In this document: positions 1 to 9,766 of the stretch, in pieces
Numbering within the stretch: the first letter of the stretch is position 1
Layout of the letters: each line of letters opens with the position of its first letter
Assembly (NCBI RefSeq): GCF_000025685.1
Contig: NC_013966.1
Location: 330,001-362,000, forward strand
Direction: 5' to 3'
DNA: 32,000 nt
Source: Haloferax volcanii DS2
Lineage (GTDB): Archaea; Halobacteriota; Halobacteria; Halobacteriales; Haloferacaceae
The notes under the pieces: generated by a model
What the model saw: the letters and a program-made list of their open reading frames with translations, nothing else
Databases searched by the model: none
Told to the model about the DNA's origin: nothing
Position numbers and translations under genes: made by a program

Positions 1-579
1 ACTGCTATCGCTTCGAGTTCCGCTCGATAGTGCCGTCATCCCGGAACTGTGGCGTCGTTGTATCCATCGACAGGTGATAGCGCCCGGAGGTCGTCCGACA
101 GACCGGAAACATCTCTCTTGAGGGAGTTGTCTCAGTTCTCCGATGAGAGGAGACAGCAGTCAGTAACGGGGGTTCGTCGTTCACGTCGACCGCTCGTTCG
201 AAGCGACAATCCGCTGGAATCAGAAGGACGGGAGAGGACTCACCTTGCTGTCGGGTCGTCGCTTGAACGCTCGTACGGCTCCGCAGTCGCGTCGTGCCGC
301 CCTCGATAAGAGAGCCAGACGACCACGGTCAACGGAACGAACACAATCGCAACGGTAGCCGCCGGTAGAAAGGAAACGAAGGGAGCGAACACCGTCCATG
401 AACTGATGGCGTCGCAGGACACGGACGAAGTGCGTTCGTCGCAATAGACAGTGGGCAGTTCGCGCGTTCGAGAGAAGAACCCCGTCGAAACCGATTCCGC
501 TGGGAAGATTAGTAATCTGACCCACCGGACGGGGCAGAGTGTTTGCGGGCAAACGAACGACTGCGTACTGCGCCGTAGT

Positions 580-1347
580 TCACCCGGTCAGTTCGTCGTA
601 GACGGCGACGGAGAACGTGAGCAGGAACGCCGACACGACACTACCGATGACCGCCGCGAGGAGACCCACGACGACGAGGAGAGGCGTCGAGAGCGTCGGC
701 AGACCGGCCGCCGAGGCGGCGTCGGCGCTAGCCAAGAGCGAGACGCCGGCGTAGACACCACCGGAAAGCGCGCCGATGACCAGTGCGAGAAGCATGTACC
801 CGACCGTCGCCAGAAGGTTCCCTCGGACCACGCGATAACTCCGCTTGAACGAGTCGATTGCGGACGCACCGTCGATGACGATAGCCTGGCCGTAGAACTG
901 GACGAAGAACGCCACGACGAGATACAGGAGTCCCGCAATGGCCGCCAGACCGATAAACGCCGTCCCGATAGAGCCGTGCGTCAGGAACGCCCCGAAGCCG
1001 GCCGCGACACCGACCGCACCGATGACGCCGTTGACGACGAGCAAGAGGACGTAGGCGATCAGCAACGAGAGATAGTTGGCCTTCCCGTCGGCGACGAAAC
1101 GGGACAGCGAGCTACGGGTGGTCAGGGCCTCGTCGGCCATCCCGAACATGCCGCCCTGGATGAAGGGCGTCACGAGGAGGAAAACCGCGGAGATACCCAG
1201 CGAGTAGAGCGTCGAGACGAGCGGATACGACGACTGCAACAGCAGCTGGGGGACTAGCAGCGCGAACACGATCAGTTGTGGGACCAACAGACCCGGAGCA
1301 CGCTTGAGCGCACCCGGTGTCCGTCGGAGGGCTTGGAGGACTCCCAT
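580..1347 (-). CDS. polytopic integral membrane protein, function unknown
   Basis: 255-aa track ORF. The translation is a series of long hydrophobic G/A/V/L-rich segments (e.g. LLIAYVLLLVVNGVIGAVGVAAGFGAF, IGLAAIAGLLYLVVAFFVQFY) separated by short polar loops. The overlapping + strand ORF 451..1257 is Arg/Asp-rich antisense noise. Confidence 0.7.
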   Translation of the reverse strand: MGVLQALRRTPGALKRAPGLLVPQLIVFALLVPQLLLQSSYPLVSTLYSLGISAVFLLVTPFIQGGMFGMADEALTTRSSLSRFVADGKANYLSLLIAYVLLLVVNGVIGAVGVAAGFGAFLTHGSIGTAFIGLAAIAGLLYLVVAFFVQFYGQAIVIDGASAIDSFKRSYRVVRGNLLATVGYMLLALVIGALSGGVYAGVSLLASADAASAAGLPTLSTPLLVVVGLLAAVIGSVVSAFLLTFSVAVYDELTG

Positions 1348-1608
1348 GGATGAGAAAACGAGGCCCGATGGTATAACCGCCGACGCTGGTTTTCTGACTC
1401 GGAAAATAAGTCACAGTGCCGTTGTTTCGAGAGCCGGAGAACGCCACCGACCAAGAAGGTGAACGGTCTCGACGTGAATTCCGTCAATGAGACGGCTCAT
1501 TGGAGAGGTCACTCTCGGGGACGTTCCCGACCCCGCATCGGCGTCCGTGAGCATTCGCTATCGCCTACTGAGTAAGAGATACACTGGCCGTGAATCGTTC
1601 AGCTCGTT

Positions 1609-2316
1609 TCAGGCCCCCGGAACCCCAGACTGTCCATCGTTGGGGCGGAAGAGGCGGCCGATTCGTCGGGCTAGAGTGCCGAGGGCGAATCCAAGGATTC
1701 CGATGGGGATACCCCAGAGTAGTGCGAGGAACAGCGCAGTTCCGAGCGTCTCGACGGCACCGACTGTCTCGAAGTGCATCGCCGTCGTGCCGAAAAGCCG
1801 ATGAAGGTTACTCGGTGAGAAGTGCGCAATCGGCAGTCCGTATCTGGAGAGACCAATCCCGAAGATGGGGCCCATCACGAGAGCTATCGACGGCACCAAC
1901 CCCGAGTTTTTCGTCGAGAAGATTGTCGCGAGCGCCACGAGCGTACTCAACCCGAGGAGGGCGACAGCGGTGGGTCCAGTGGTGCTCCAGAGACCTGCAA
2001 CCCACTGACTGAGACTGTGGGTGTCACCGATGACGGCGTGCTCGACGTGGCGATACCCATACGTACTCCAAATCAGGAGACCGACAACACTCGCGGTTAT
2101 CGGTGCCGATAGAACTGCGATAAGCGAAGTCGTTCGGTGGCGTCCGACGGTTCCCGCCCAAATCCGTTCAACCGATGGATAGGTGGTTACGACTGCGCTG
2201 AACACGGCGTACAACACCGAAAGCGCGGCGACAAGATGTTTGAACGCAGCGACCATGTGGCTTCGTGCTGTTCGTTCAGATGGGTTTCTCGGAGGGTCGT
2301 CGTTGCGGGGGGACAC
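1609..2316 (-). CDS. integral membrane protein, function unknown
   Basis: 235-aa track ORF with several predicted TM segments (ALSVLYAVFSAVVTT, VALLGLSTLVALATIF, ALFLALLWGIPIGILGFALG). Start is uncertain; an internal Met at 2256 (MVAAFKHL...) is equally plausible. Confidence 0.6.
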   Translation of the reverse strand: MSPRNDDPPRNPSERTARSHMVAAFKHLVAALSVLYAVFSAVVTTYPSVERIWAGTVGRHRTTSLIAVLSAPITASVVGLLIWSTYGYRHVEHAVIGDTHSLSQWVAGLWSTTGPTAVALLGLSTLVALATIFSTKNSGLVPSIALVMGPIFGIGLSRYGLPIAHFSPSNLHRLFGTTAMHFETVGAVETLGTALFLALLWGIPIGILGFALGTLARRIGRLFRPNDGQSGVPGA

Positions 2317-2423
2317 GGCGGCAAAACGTGTTCAAAGAAGTAAAAATCTCATTCCGCTTCGGAGCCGGGGTCCGATACGTCGAACGAACAGGATTTTTGT
2401 GACGGCTTCGCGTCTCTCCAGTC

Positions 2424-3305
2424 ATGCGGTGGTCCCCGCTTGCACGCAGCGAATACCGGACAGTGCTCACCTCCAAGGGGGCGTGGATACTCGCGCTCCT
2501 TGTCGTCCTCTGGGGGTTCCGACCGACATACGCCGGGTGGGACGCGGTCGGGCGAAACATCACTATCGGGTACGTCCAGATCGGCGTCGATCTGTTCCTC
2601 CCTATCGGTGCCCTCCTCCTGTCGTATCAGTCGCTCATCGATGAACGAACCACGGGCAGTATCAAGTTCCTCCTCGGGTTGCCGCTGACGCGGACGCAGA
2701 TTCTCCTCGGGAAGACGGGTGGCCGGTTCGTGGGCGTCGGGACGGCGGCCGTCGCGGCGACGCTCGTTCTCGCCGCTATCGGCCTCATCGAACACGGCAC
2801 GTTCGCGCTGCTTCCCTTCCTCGGGACGCTCGTCGCGACGCTGTTATTCGCCGGAGTGATGGTCGCAATCGGCGTCTTCGTCTCGACGGTCGCCCGGCGG
2901 ACCGTGACCGCTGCGACGGGAGTGTTCGCGTACTTCCTCGCGACGGTGTTCTGGAGTCGGATCGTCACGTCGCTCTATACTGCCGTCACCGGCGTCCCGG
3001 TCGACCCATACGACGCGCCGGCGAGCGGACCGCTATTTCTCGCGCTCAGACTGACCCCCGACGGCGCGTACAACGTCCTGACGAACTGGTTTCTCGGCGT
3101 CGGCAACTCGACGGAGCTATTCCACATCGTCTACACCAAACTCGAACCGGGGGTTTCGGTGAACGCCTTCGTCGTCGAAGCGGCGTTCGACGGCGGTGTC
3201 CCGTGGTACCTCCATCCCGCATTGAGTCTGGTCGTCCTACTCGTCTGGGCGGTAGTGCCAGTGGCCCTCGCCCGACGTGCGTTCACCCGGGGTGACGCGC
3301 TATGA
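2424..3305 (+). CDS. ABC-2 family transporter permease
   Basis: 293 aa, multi-TM. It has the block typical of ABC-2/NosY-like permeases (SLIDERTTGSIKFLLGLPLTRTQILLGK). Its stop overlaps the start of the ATPase gene (ATGA at 3302-3305). Confidence 0.8.
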   Translation: MRWSPLARSEYRTVLTSKGAWILALLVVLWGFRPTYAGWDAVGRNITIGYVQIGVDLFLPIGALLLSYQSLIDERTTGSIKFLLGLPLTRTQILLGKTGGRFVGVGTAAVAATLVLAAIGLIEHGTFALLPFLGTLVATLLFAGVMVAIGVFVSTVARRTVTAATGVFAYFLATVFWSRIVTSLYTAVTGVPVDPYDAPASGPLFLALRLTPDGAYNVLTNWFLGVGNSTELFHIVYTKLEPGVSVNAFVVEAAFDGGVPWYLHPALSLVVLLVWAVVPVALARRAFTRGDAL

Positions 3306-4057
3306 ACTCGACAGAGCCCGCAATCGAACTCGAAACGGTGACCAAGAAGTACGGCGACGTTCGCGCCGTCGACAGCCTCGACCTCGTGGTCGAGCGCGGC
3401 GAAACGTACGGATTTCTCGGCCCGAACGGCGCTGGGAAATCGACGACGATCGGTCTGTTGCTCGATTATCTCCGACCGACTTCGGGAACGGTTCGCGTCC
3501 TCGGCCACGACCCACGACGCGATGTCGTGGCGGTTCACGACCGCGTAGGGGTGCTTCCGGACCGATTCGGCCTCTACGAGGACCGTTCCGCACGTCAGCA
3601 CGTCGCCCTCGTCGCAGAGACGAAGCGGGCCGGCGACGACCCGGAGAACCGCCTCGAACGCGTCGGACTCGGTGATGCCGTCGACGACGAGGTGGGTGCC
3701 TTCTCCAGTGGAATGGAACAACGGTTGGCGCTCGCGATGGCGCTCGTCGGCGACCCGGACCTGCTCATCTTGGACGAGCCGTTCAGCGGGGTCGACCCCC
3801 ACGGCGTCCGACGCGTCCGGGAAATCGTCCGCGAGGAGAACGAGCGTGGTGCGACCGTCTTCTTCTCCAGTCACGTTCTCGGGCAGGTCGAACTCGTCTG
3901 TGACCGGATCGGCGTCCTCCACGGGGGACAGTTGGTCGCCGAGGGAACGCTCGACGACCTCCGAGCACGGACTGCATCACCCAACGACGCGACGATGGAA
4001 GACGTGTTCGTCGAACTCACCGACGCCCGTGCCGACGACGGAGGTGACCGGCGATGA
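3302..4057 (+). CDS. ABC transporter ATP-binding protein
   Basis: Walker A GPNGAGKST, signature-like FSSGMEQRL, Walker B LLILDEPFSGVD, H-loop SSHVL. Translationally coupled on both sides (ATGA overlaps at 3302 and 4054). Confidence 0.95.
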   Translation: MNSTEPAIELETVTKKYGDVRAVDSLDLVVERGETYGFLGPNGAGKSTTIGLLLDYLRPTSGTVRVLGHDPRRDVVAVHDRVGVLPDRFGLYEDRSARQHVALVAETKRAGDDPENRLERVGLGDAVDDEVGAFSSGMEQRLALAMALVGDPDLLILDEPFSGVDPHGVRRVREIVREENERGATVFFSSHVLGQVELVCDRIGVLHGGQLVAEGTLDDLRARTASPNDATMEDVFVELTDARADDGGDRR

Positions 4058-4635
4058 AGCGTCGGACGTTCGTGACTGCGAGCACACTGTCGGTCGCCGG
4101 TCTCTCCGGGTGTCTGGGTGACACCGAGTATCGAATCGCCGACACGGCTGTGGAGACGCCTCTGGAAGGGCTCTCGCTGTCAGTGGACCTCGCGGTCGCT
4201 GACGCGACGATCGAACATCCTGCGGCGCTCACGCTCTCGCTGGAGAACACGGCCGACGACCCGATTCGAATCCGGAGCTACGGCGTCTGGCCGTTCGGTG
4301 TGCTCGCACTCGCACCCTCGCTGACGCCCGGCGAAGACACGTGGAAGACGACGCTGTTCTCCCCGTCGTACGAGGCTAGCACCCGCGTCGAAGTCGGTCG
4401 CGGCGGGTCGTCACTATCGCTTGACGGGACGCCGATAACCCGGCCGCTCGATGCCGGTGAGAGCGTCAGCAGGCGATACGAACTCCACGGCGACGACCTC
4501 TCGGGTTCGGGGACGCAATACGTCGTCGATCGGTTCGAGCGCAAAGCGTCACGATACGCGACGGGTGACGACTGGAACGCACTCGATTACCGGCTCCGTC
4601 TCAGTATCGACGAGAAGAGACGGTTTCCGTTCTAG
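4054..4635 (+). CDS. secreted Tat-signal/lipobox lipoprotein, function unknown
   Basis: N-terminus MKRRTFVTASTLSVAGLSGC has a twin-Arg motif plus an LSGC lipobox. The mature part is acidic. It is the third gene of the ABC-2 operon, with an ATGA overlap to the ATPase. Confidence 0.7.
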   Translation: MKRRTFVTASTLSVAGLSGCLGDTEYRIADTAVETPLEGLSLSVDLAVADATIEHPAALTLSLENTADDPIRIRSYGVWPFGVLALAPSLTPGEDTWKTTLFSPSYEASTRVEVGRGGSSLSLDGTPITRPLDAGESVSRRYELHGDDLSGSGTQYVVDRFERKASRYATGDDWNALDYRLRLSIDEKRRFPF

Positions 4636-5490
4636 CTGAGAGGGAGTCATAGCGCAGTTCGGCTTCGTCGGGTTCCTCGAAAGGGAAGTCACGTGAATAT
4701 TCGCGGTGTTTGTACAGATAATACAATACCCCAGCTTCCGAGACCACATCACTATCAACCTATATTTTATAAATAAAACAATACTAGACGACTCAGAGTG
4801 GTTCAGCAGTGAGCAGACAGATGATTCGTTCAAACTAGTACATCGCGAGTAGCTTGTATTGATATCGTCTGACCGTTATCAAGTTTAGTTAATCAGATTG
4901 CACTATATATATGTTGGATATAGAACATAGAGTAGCCGAAATATCTCAAAATGTGTTGTTATAGTACGTGCGCCCTCCTTCTGGATATCATCCCAACGTC
5001 GTGTGACCTCATTGGGCCTCGCAGAGTATATTGTAGAATTATAGCAATCACCGGAAGGGAAGAACTAGAATGACGGGAGGTTTCGAAGAGAATCGTTCTC
5101 GATGAGCGCAAACTCATTCACCGTTCGGCGGGTCGGCCTCCTGTCGAACCGCGAGGAGTGATAGACTGACAGACGAACCAGATATTACAAAGCTCCCTTT
5201 GTAACACACTGTGCCACGGAAGCACGACAGAGTAGCCCAGATTCGCTTTGCATACTATCCGAATGCGGAGGTAGCTCACGCACTGCGGATGAGATTGTGA
5301 CCCCGACTGCGTAGCATCTTACAGCGACGCTGGGCTTCCGTCCGGCCAGTCCGCTATCTCGCCCCGTGATGGGCCGAATCAGTCTATCCGCGGGTCCAAC
5401 GACCCGATCGCGGTCACACGACCGAGCCGTTTGAAACCCGCTGGCGGTATCGACACCGAAGTGTTAGCCCACAGTGAACAATCTACATGA

Positions 5491-6268
5491 CTAGTCCATC
5501 GTCGCGTTCGACGAACCACCGGTCGTGACCCGAACGATGGTCGAGTCGGTCTTGCCGACGCTATTGACGGCCGTGAGTCTGTACTCGTAGTCACTGCCCG
5601 AACTCACGCCGGCGTCGGTGTACTGGGTGTAAAACGAATTTTCCGCGATTTCGTCCGCGACGACCTCGAAATCACCGTCGGGTGGCCGCCGATGGAGCGT
5701 GTAACTCTCCGCGCCTCGCGCCTCGGTCCACGACAGTTCGACACTCGACGACGACTCGTCAGACACCGACAGTGAGGGTGCAGACGGGTCGTTCGGTCCC
5801 ACAATCGAGTACTCCTGGAGTGCGAACGCCGTGCCGTTCTCGCGGGGCCGTTCGAGTGGTATCGACAGGACCCTCTCGTGTTCCCACCGATATCTATCGT
5901 GTTTTCGACCGTCCACTCCACAGAACGGGCCCTCGTGGAGACAGTAGAGCGTCCAGTCGGTCCACCCCGAGGATGCTGTCGCCAACCCCGGCGTAGAGTT
6001 GCCCGTCGACGACGGTGTACACGTGGAGCGCGTCGTTGTCGTCGAACAGCAAATCACCGTGGTTTAGCAAGAAGAGATTGTCGCCCGAACCGACGCGTCG
6101 ATTCGCCCCGAGACCGGCGACCGCGTCGGAATTAGCTTCCGAGACGAGGCGGCCTACCTCTTCGACGCGCAGTCCGGGACGGCCCTCAAGACGAAGACGG
6201 ACACCCTCAACGCCCCACAGACGCAGTTGTGACGCGCTTCCGCGTGTGTACACGCGAGGAATCAACAC
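5491..6268 (-). pseudogene. frameshifted remnant of a secreted repeat protein with a C-terminal fibronectin type III domain
   Basis: Two - strand ORFs in different frames join sensibly. ORF 5894..6268 gives ...VGSGDNLFLLNHGDLLFDDNDALHVYTVVDGQLYAGVGDS (beta-propeller-repeat-like). ORF 5491..6057 gives ...GWTDWTLYCLHEGPF...SAPSLSVSDESSSSVELSWTEARGAESYTLHRRPPDGDFEVVADEI...YEYRLTAVNSVGKTDSTIVRVTT (FN3-like). The frame change is near 5990-6000. No credible N-terminus or signal peptide. Confidence 0.5.
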
Positions 6269-6438
6269 CCCAGTACACCGAAGTCGGCGGCGACAACCAG
6301 AAGTGGACGTTCAACGCGCCGTGACGGCGAACCAGCGTCCGGTCGGTGCCTCATCGGGGCACGGTCCGGCCGTTATTCTCTTCGGCGTTCGAGAACACGC
6401 CGGGCGAGAGCCGCGTTGGCGAGTGGTCCCGTGCCGAC

Positions 6439-8493
6439 TCACTCGGACGCGAGTCCGACACCTCGGATGGATCCGTCGAGTACCGCGGTATCGAACGCGT
6501 CGACGGTGGACTCACCGAGCAGGAACCCGGTGGAATCGGGGACGGTCAACGTCACCGGGTCGCTCGTGAAGTTAAGCGCCCACGTATAGCCGTCGCGCTC
6601 CATCACGCGCACGCCGTCCGGGAATCGCTCAGTGTACTCGACGCCGGCGGCGTCCAGTAACTCTGTCACGAGTGCGTCGGCAAGGTCGTCCCCCGGCCAG
6701 CAGCCACAGTACGTCACGCTCCCGTCTCCGGCGGCGTTCCGCACGATTGCGGTGTTTCCGGCTGCTTCACCCGTCCGGTACTCGCCTCGTGGAACTCCGA
6801 CTTCGGGGGCCAGCCACGAAGCCCACGTTCGGAACTCGTACGTCGCACCGTCGTAGGAGAGTCGCGTCTCGACGTGGTCGGGAAGCGTTTCGTGACGCGC
6901 CACCTGCGCGCCGGTGAGAGCGGTGAGTGGTCCCGGCGCGAGCGACTCGTGAAGCCGGTTGTACGGGTCTTTCTCCCCCGTTCGAGCACCGAGGAGGAGA
7001 CAGCCACCCGAATCGACGTAGTCGGTCAGCGCGGTCGACAGTTCGTCGCCGACGAGATACAAAGTCGGTGCGACGACCGCGTCGTACCGTTCGAGAGTCG
7101 CTTCCGGCGAGACGATGTCGACCTGCACGCCGCGGGCGCGAAGCGCATCGTAGTACGTCCGTAAGGATGAGGTTACTCCGGAGGGAGGCTCAACGTCTGC
7201 GCGAAGCGCATCGTAGTACGTCCGTAAGTGGTTCCAGTAGTCCCAGTCGGGCGAGAGAGGTTGCGAACGCGTCGCCCACAGGCTCTCGTAGTCGTGGACG
7301 AGCGCGACTGACGCATCGACCGAATCCAAGTCGAACAGTTCGTCGGCGGCGGTCGATGCTTCGCGGTACCCGCGGTCCGGAGAGCCGTCCTGCCGCCGAA
7401 GCCCGGCGTGGTACTGTTCTTGCCCTTGACGACAGCGACGCCAGCGGAAGTAGACGACGGCGTCCGCGCCGTGGGCGACGGCGTGGTGAGCCCACAGGCG
7501 CATCGCCCCGTCGGCCGGTTGCGGCGACTGCGGCGGCCAGTTGATGTCTCCCGGCTGTTGCTCCATCACCCAGAACGGCTTTCCTTTCGCGCCGCGCTGG
7601 AGGTCGTGGTTCATGCTCACTTGGTCGGGGTTCCCCGCTCGTAATTCGTCGACCGTCGGCGTGTCCGGCTGTCGGTCCTGCACGAACCCCGTCGGATAGG
7701 AGTCCCACGAGAGGAAATCGAGGTCGTCGGCGAGGCGAAAGGCGTCGAGTGAAAAACCACCCATGAAGTTGTGCGTGACGAACCACTCGTCGTTTGCTTC
7801 GCGGATGAGGGCTGCGTGCAGGCGGTTGTACTCGGCCACGCTGTCGTTACTAAACCGTTCGTAGGCGAGTACCCGCGAAGGGTGGTTGGCGGCCGGTGTC
7901 GGTTTTGGGGGGTCGATACTCTCGAAATCGTCGTACTGCTGGCTCCAAAACGTCGTTCCCCACGCGTCGTTGAGGTCGGCAACGCTCTCATAGCGGTCGG
8001 CGAGCCATTCGCTAAATGCCTCGCCACAGTCCTCGCAGTAGCAGGTAACCGTCTCGTGACAGCCGAATTCGTTGTCAGTCTGCCACCCGGCGACGTGGGG
8101 GTTGTCGGCGTATCGGTCGGTCAGCACGCTAACGATGCGTTCGGTCTCGGAACGGTAGGTGGGTGAGTTGAAACAGGTGAACCGACGGCTCCCCCACTCA
8201 CGCGGCGTACCGTCTTGCTCTCGCTGTCGAACGTCGGGATGTTCGTCGACGAGCCATTTCGGCGGCGTCGCTGTCGGCGTGCACAGAACCGCTTTCATAC
8301 CGGACTTCCCGATGAGTTCGACGGTCTCGTCTAACCACGCGAAATCGAACGTCCCTCGCTCCGGTTCGATTCGTCGCCACGCGAACTCCCCCATTCGAAC
8401 GTATTCGATTCCAGCCTCGGCCATCTGACTGATATCGGTCTCCCAGCGCTCTCGCGACCAGTGCTCCGGGAAATAGCAGACACCAACTGTCAT
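6439..8493 (-). CDS. bgaH: GH42 beta-galactosidase (BgaH-like)
   Basis: 684 aa from the ATG at 8493; the track ORF starts 2 codons earlier at a TTG. N-terminus MTVGVCYFPEHWSRERWETDISQMAEAGIEYVRMGEFAWRRIEPERG plus GWQTDNEFGCH and the Cys cluster CYCEDC are typical of family 42. From memory it is near-identical to the Haloferax lucentense/alicantei BgaH reporter enzyme. Confidence 0.95.
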   Translation of the reverse strand: MTVGVCYFPEHWSRERWETDISQMAEAGIEYVRMGEFAWRRIEPERGTFDFAWLDETVELIGKSGMKAVLCTPTATPPKWLVDEHPDVRQREQDGTPREWGSRRFTCFNSPTYRSETERIVSVLTDRYADNPHVAGWQTDNEFGCHETVTCYCEDCGEAFSEWLADRYESVADLNDAWGTTFWSQQYDDFESIDPPKPTPAANHPSRVLAYERFSNDSVAEYNRLHAALIREANDEWFVTHNFMGGFSLDAFRLADDLDFLSWDSYPTGFVQDRQPDTPTVDELRAGNPDQVSMNHDLQRGAKGKPFWVMEQQPGDINWPPQSPQPADGAMRLWAHHAVAHGADAVVYFRWRRCRQGQEQYHAGLRRQDGSPDRGYREASTAADELFDLDSVDASVALVHDYESLWATRSQPLSPDWDYWNHLRTYYDALRADVEPPSGVTSSLRTYYDALRARGVQVDIVSPEATLERYDAVVAPTLYLVGDELSTALTDYVDSGGCLLLGARTGEKDPYNRLHESLAPGPLTALTGAQVARHETLPDHVETRLSYDGATYEFRTWASWLAPEVGVPRGEYRTGEAAGNTAIVRNAAGDGSVTYCGCWPGDDLADALVTELLDAAGVEYTERFPDGVRVMERDGYTWALNFTSDPVTLTVPDSTGFLLGESTVDAFDTAVLDGSIRGVGLASE
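7136..7228. repeat. perfect 30-bp direct repeat (7136-7165 and 7199-7228) flanking 33 unique bp, inside bgaH
   Basis: gcgcgaagcgcatcgtagtacgtccgtaag occurs twice, 63 bp apart. On the coding strand this duplicates LRTYYDALRA around the filler DVEPPSGVTSS. Confidence 0.9.
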
Positions 8494-8510
8494 ACACAAT
8501 GATCAACGTG

Positions 8511-8521
8511 GTGAGATATAG
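8511..8521 (-). promoter_or_regulatory. TATA-like element upstream of bgaH
   Basis: The - strand reads aactatatctc, about 20-28 nt upstream of the ATG at 8493. This fits a leaderless haloarchaeal transcript. Confidence 0.35.
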
Positions 8522-8725
8522 TTCTTTCCGGTGTATGAGCACCGATTGATATCCACTACTCGGGTCCTCCCGTACGGGGGTGCCGTCACAAATTTCGGCC
8601 CCACCGCCCGCAGTTATGTACCACCGTGAGAGACAGTCGTGCGAACACATGAACGGCTTAACTGTCGGTGTGAACGCCTCCGCTATCGAACGCGAGACCC
8701 GGTCGCAAGCCGCCGAGGGGCGTCG

Positions 8726-9682
8726 ATGACGGCTGAACTCGTCACGTTCGGCGAGACGATGATTCGGCTGAGCCCGCCGGAGGGCGAGCGAATCGAGACC
8801 GCCCGGTCCCTCGAATTCCGGACCGCCGGTGCGGAAAGCAACGTCGCGGTCGCCGCCTCCCGTCTCGGCTGCTCCGCCGCGTGGCTCTCGAAGCTTCCAG
8901 ACTCGCCGCTCGGTCGACGCGTTACCACGGAACTCCGAACACACGGCGTCGAGCCGTACGTCCGCTGGGACGACGACGCTCGCCAAGGCGCGTACTACAT
9001 CGAACAGGGGCGCGCGCCGCGTCCGACGAACGTGATATACGACCGCGCCGATGCGGCAGTCACGACCGCGCGACCGGACGAACTCGCTGTCGACATCGTG
9101 GAAGACGCGGCGGCGTTCTACACCAGCGGCATCACGCCGGCGCTCTCCGAGACGCTTCGGGAGACGACCGGCGAGCTTCTGCAAACGGCGACCGAAGCGG
9201 GGACGACGACCGCGTTCGACCTCAACTACCGGTCGAAGCTCTGGTCGCCGTCCGACGCACGCGACGCGTGCGAATCGCTCTTTCCAAAGGTCGACGTCCT
9301 CGTCGCCGCAGAACGAGACATCCGCGCTGTTCTGGAACTCGACGGCGACGCGCCGACACTCGCATCGGAGTTGGCCGGCGATTTCGATTTCGAGACGGTC
9401 GTGGTCACTCGCGGGGAAGACGGTGCACTCGCCCGACACGGCGGAACGGTGTACGAGCAACCGGTCTTCGAGACGGACACGGTCGATGCCATCGGGACCG
9501 GCGACGCCTTTGTCGGCGCGTTCCTGTCGCGGCTCATCGCGGGCGAACCAGTCGAAACAGCGCTCGCCTACGGCGCGGCGACCGCCGCGCTCAAACGGAC
9601 AGTTCACGGCGACCTCGCGGTCGTGACGCCTGACGAAGTCGAACGCGTCCTCCGCGGAGGCGACGCCGGAATCGACCGATAA
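8726..9682 (+). CDS. kdgK: 2-keto-3-deoxy-gluconate/galactonate kinase (PfkB family)
   Basis: Start chosen at the ATG at 8726 ([18 protein letters not shown]...); the track ORF extends upstream to 8639. PfkB motifs are present: [14 protein letters not shown] and [14 protein letters not shown]. Confidence 0.9.
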   Translation: MTAELVTFGETMIRLSPPEGERIETARSLEFRTAGAESNVAVAASRLGCSAAWLSKLPDSPLGRRVTTELRTHGVEPYVRWDDDARQGAYYIEQGRAPRPTNVIYDRADAAVTTARPDELAVDIVEDAAAFYTSGITPALSETLRETTGELLQTATEAGTTTAFDLNYRSKLWSPSDARDACESLFPKVDVLVAAERDIRAVLELDGDAPTLASELAGDFDFETVVVTRGEDGALARHGGTVYEQPVFETDTVDAIGTGDAFVGAFLSRLIAGEPVETALAYGAATAALKRTVHGDLAVVTPDEVERVLRGGDAGIDR

Positions 9683-9766
9683 CGACCACTTTCGCTGAAC
9701 GTTTCGGTTCGCCGCGCGGACCGCGCTGAGACGGGGAGCGCCGAACTTCCGAGCGGTGGGTGTGCG

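Noticed and set aside
240-422. 60-aa - strand ORF with a hydrophobic core (SSWTVFAPFVSFLPAATVAIVFVPLTVVVWLSY)
   Set aside because: It has a GTG start only, and by my hand count its third-position G+C looks lower than I would expect for genuine genes here. No conserved motif. Positions 1-579 otherwise have stops in all frames. It remains a possible small membrane protein but is not reportable.
5265-5330. gaggtagctcacgc, resembling a tRNA D-arm
   Set aside because: No matching D-stem 3' strand, anticodon arm or T-arm could be folded around it.
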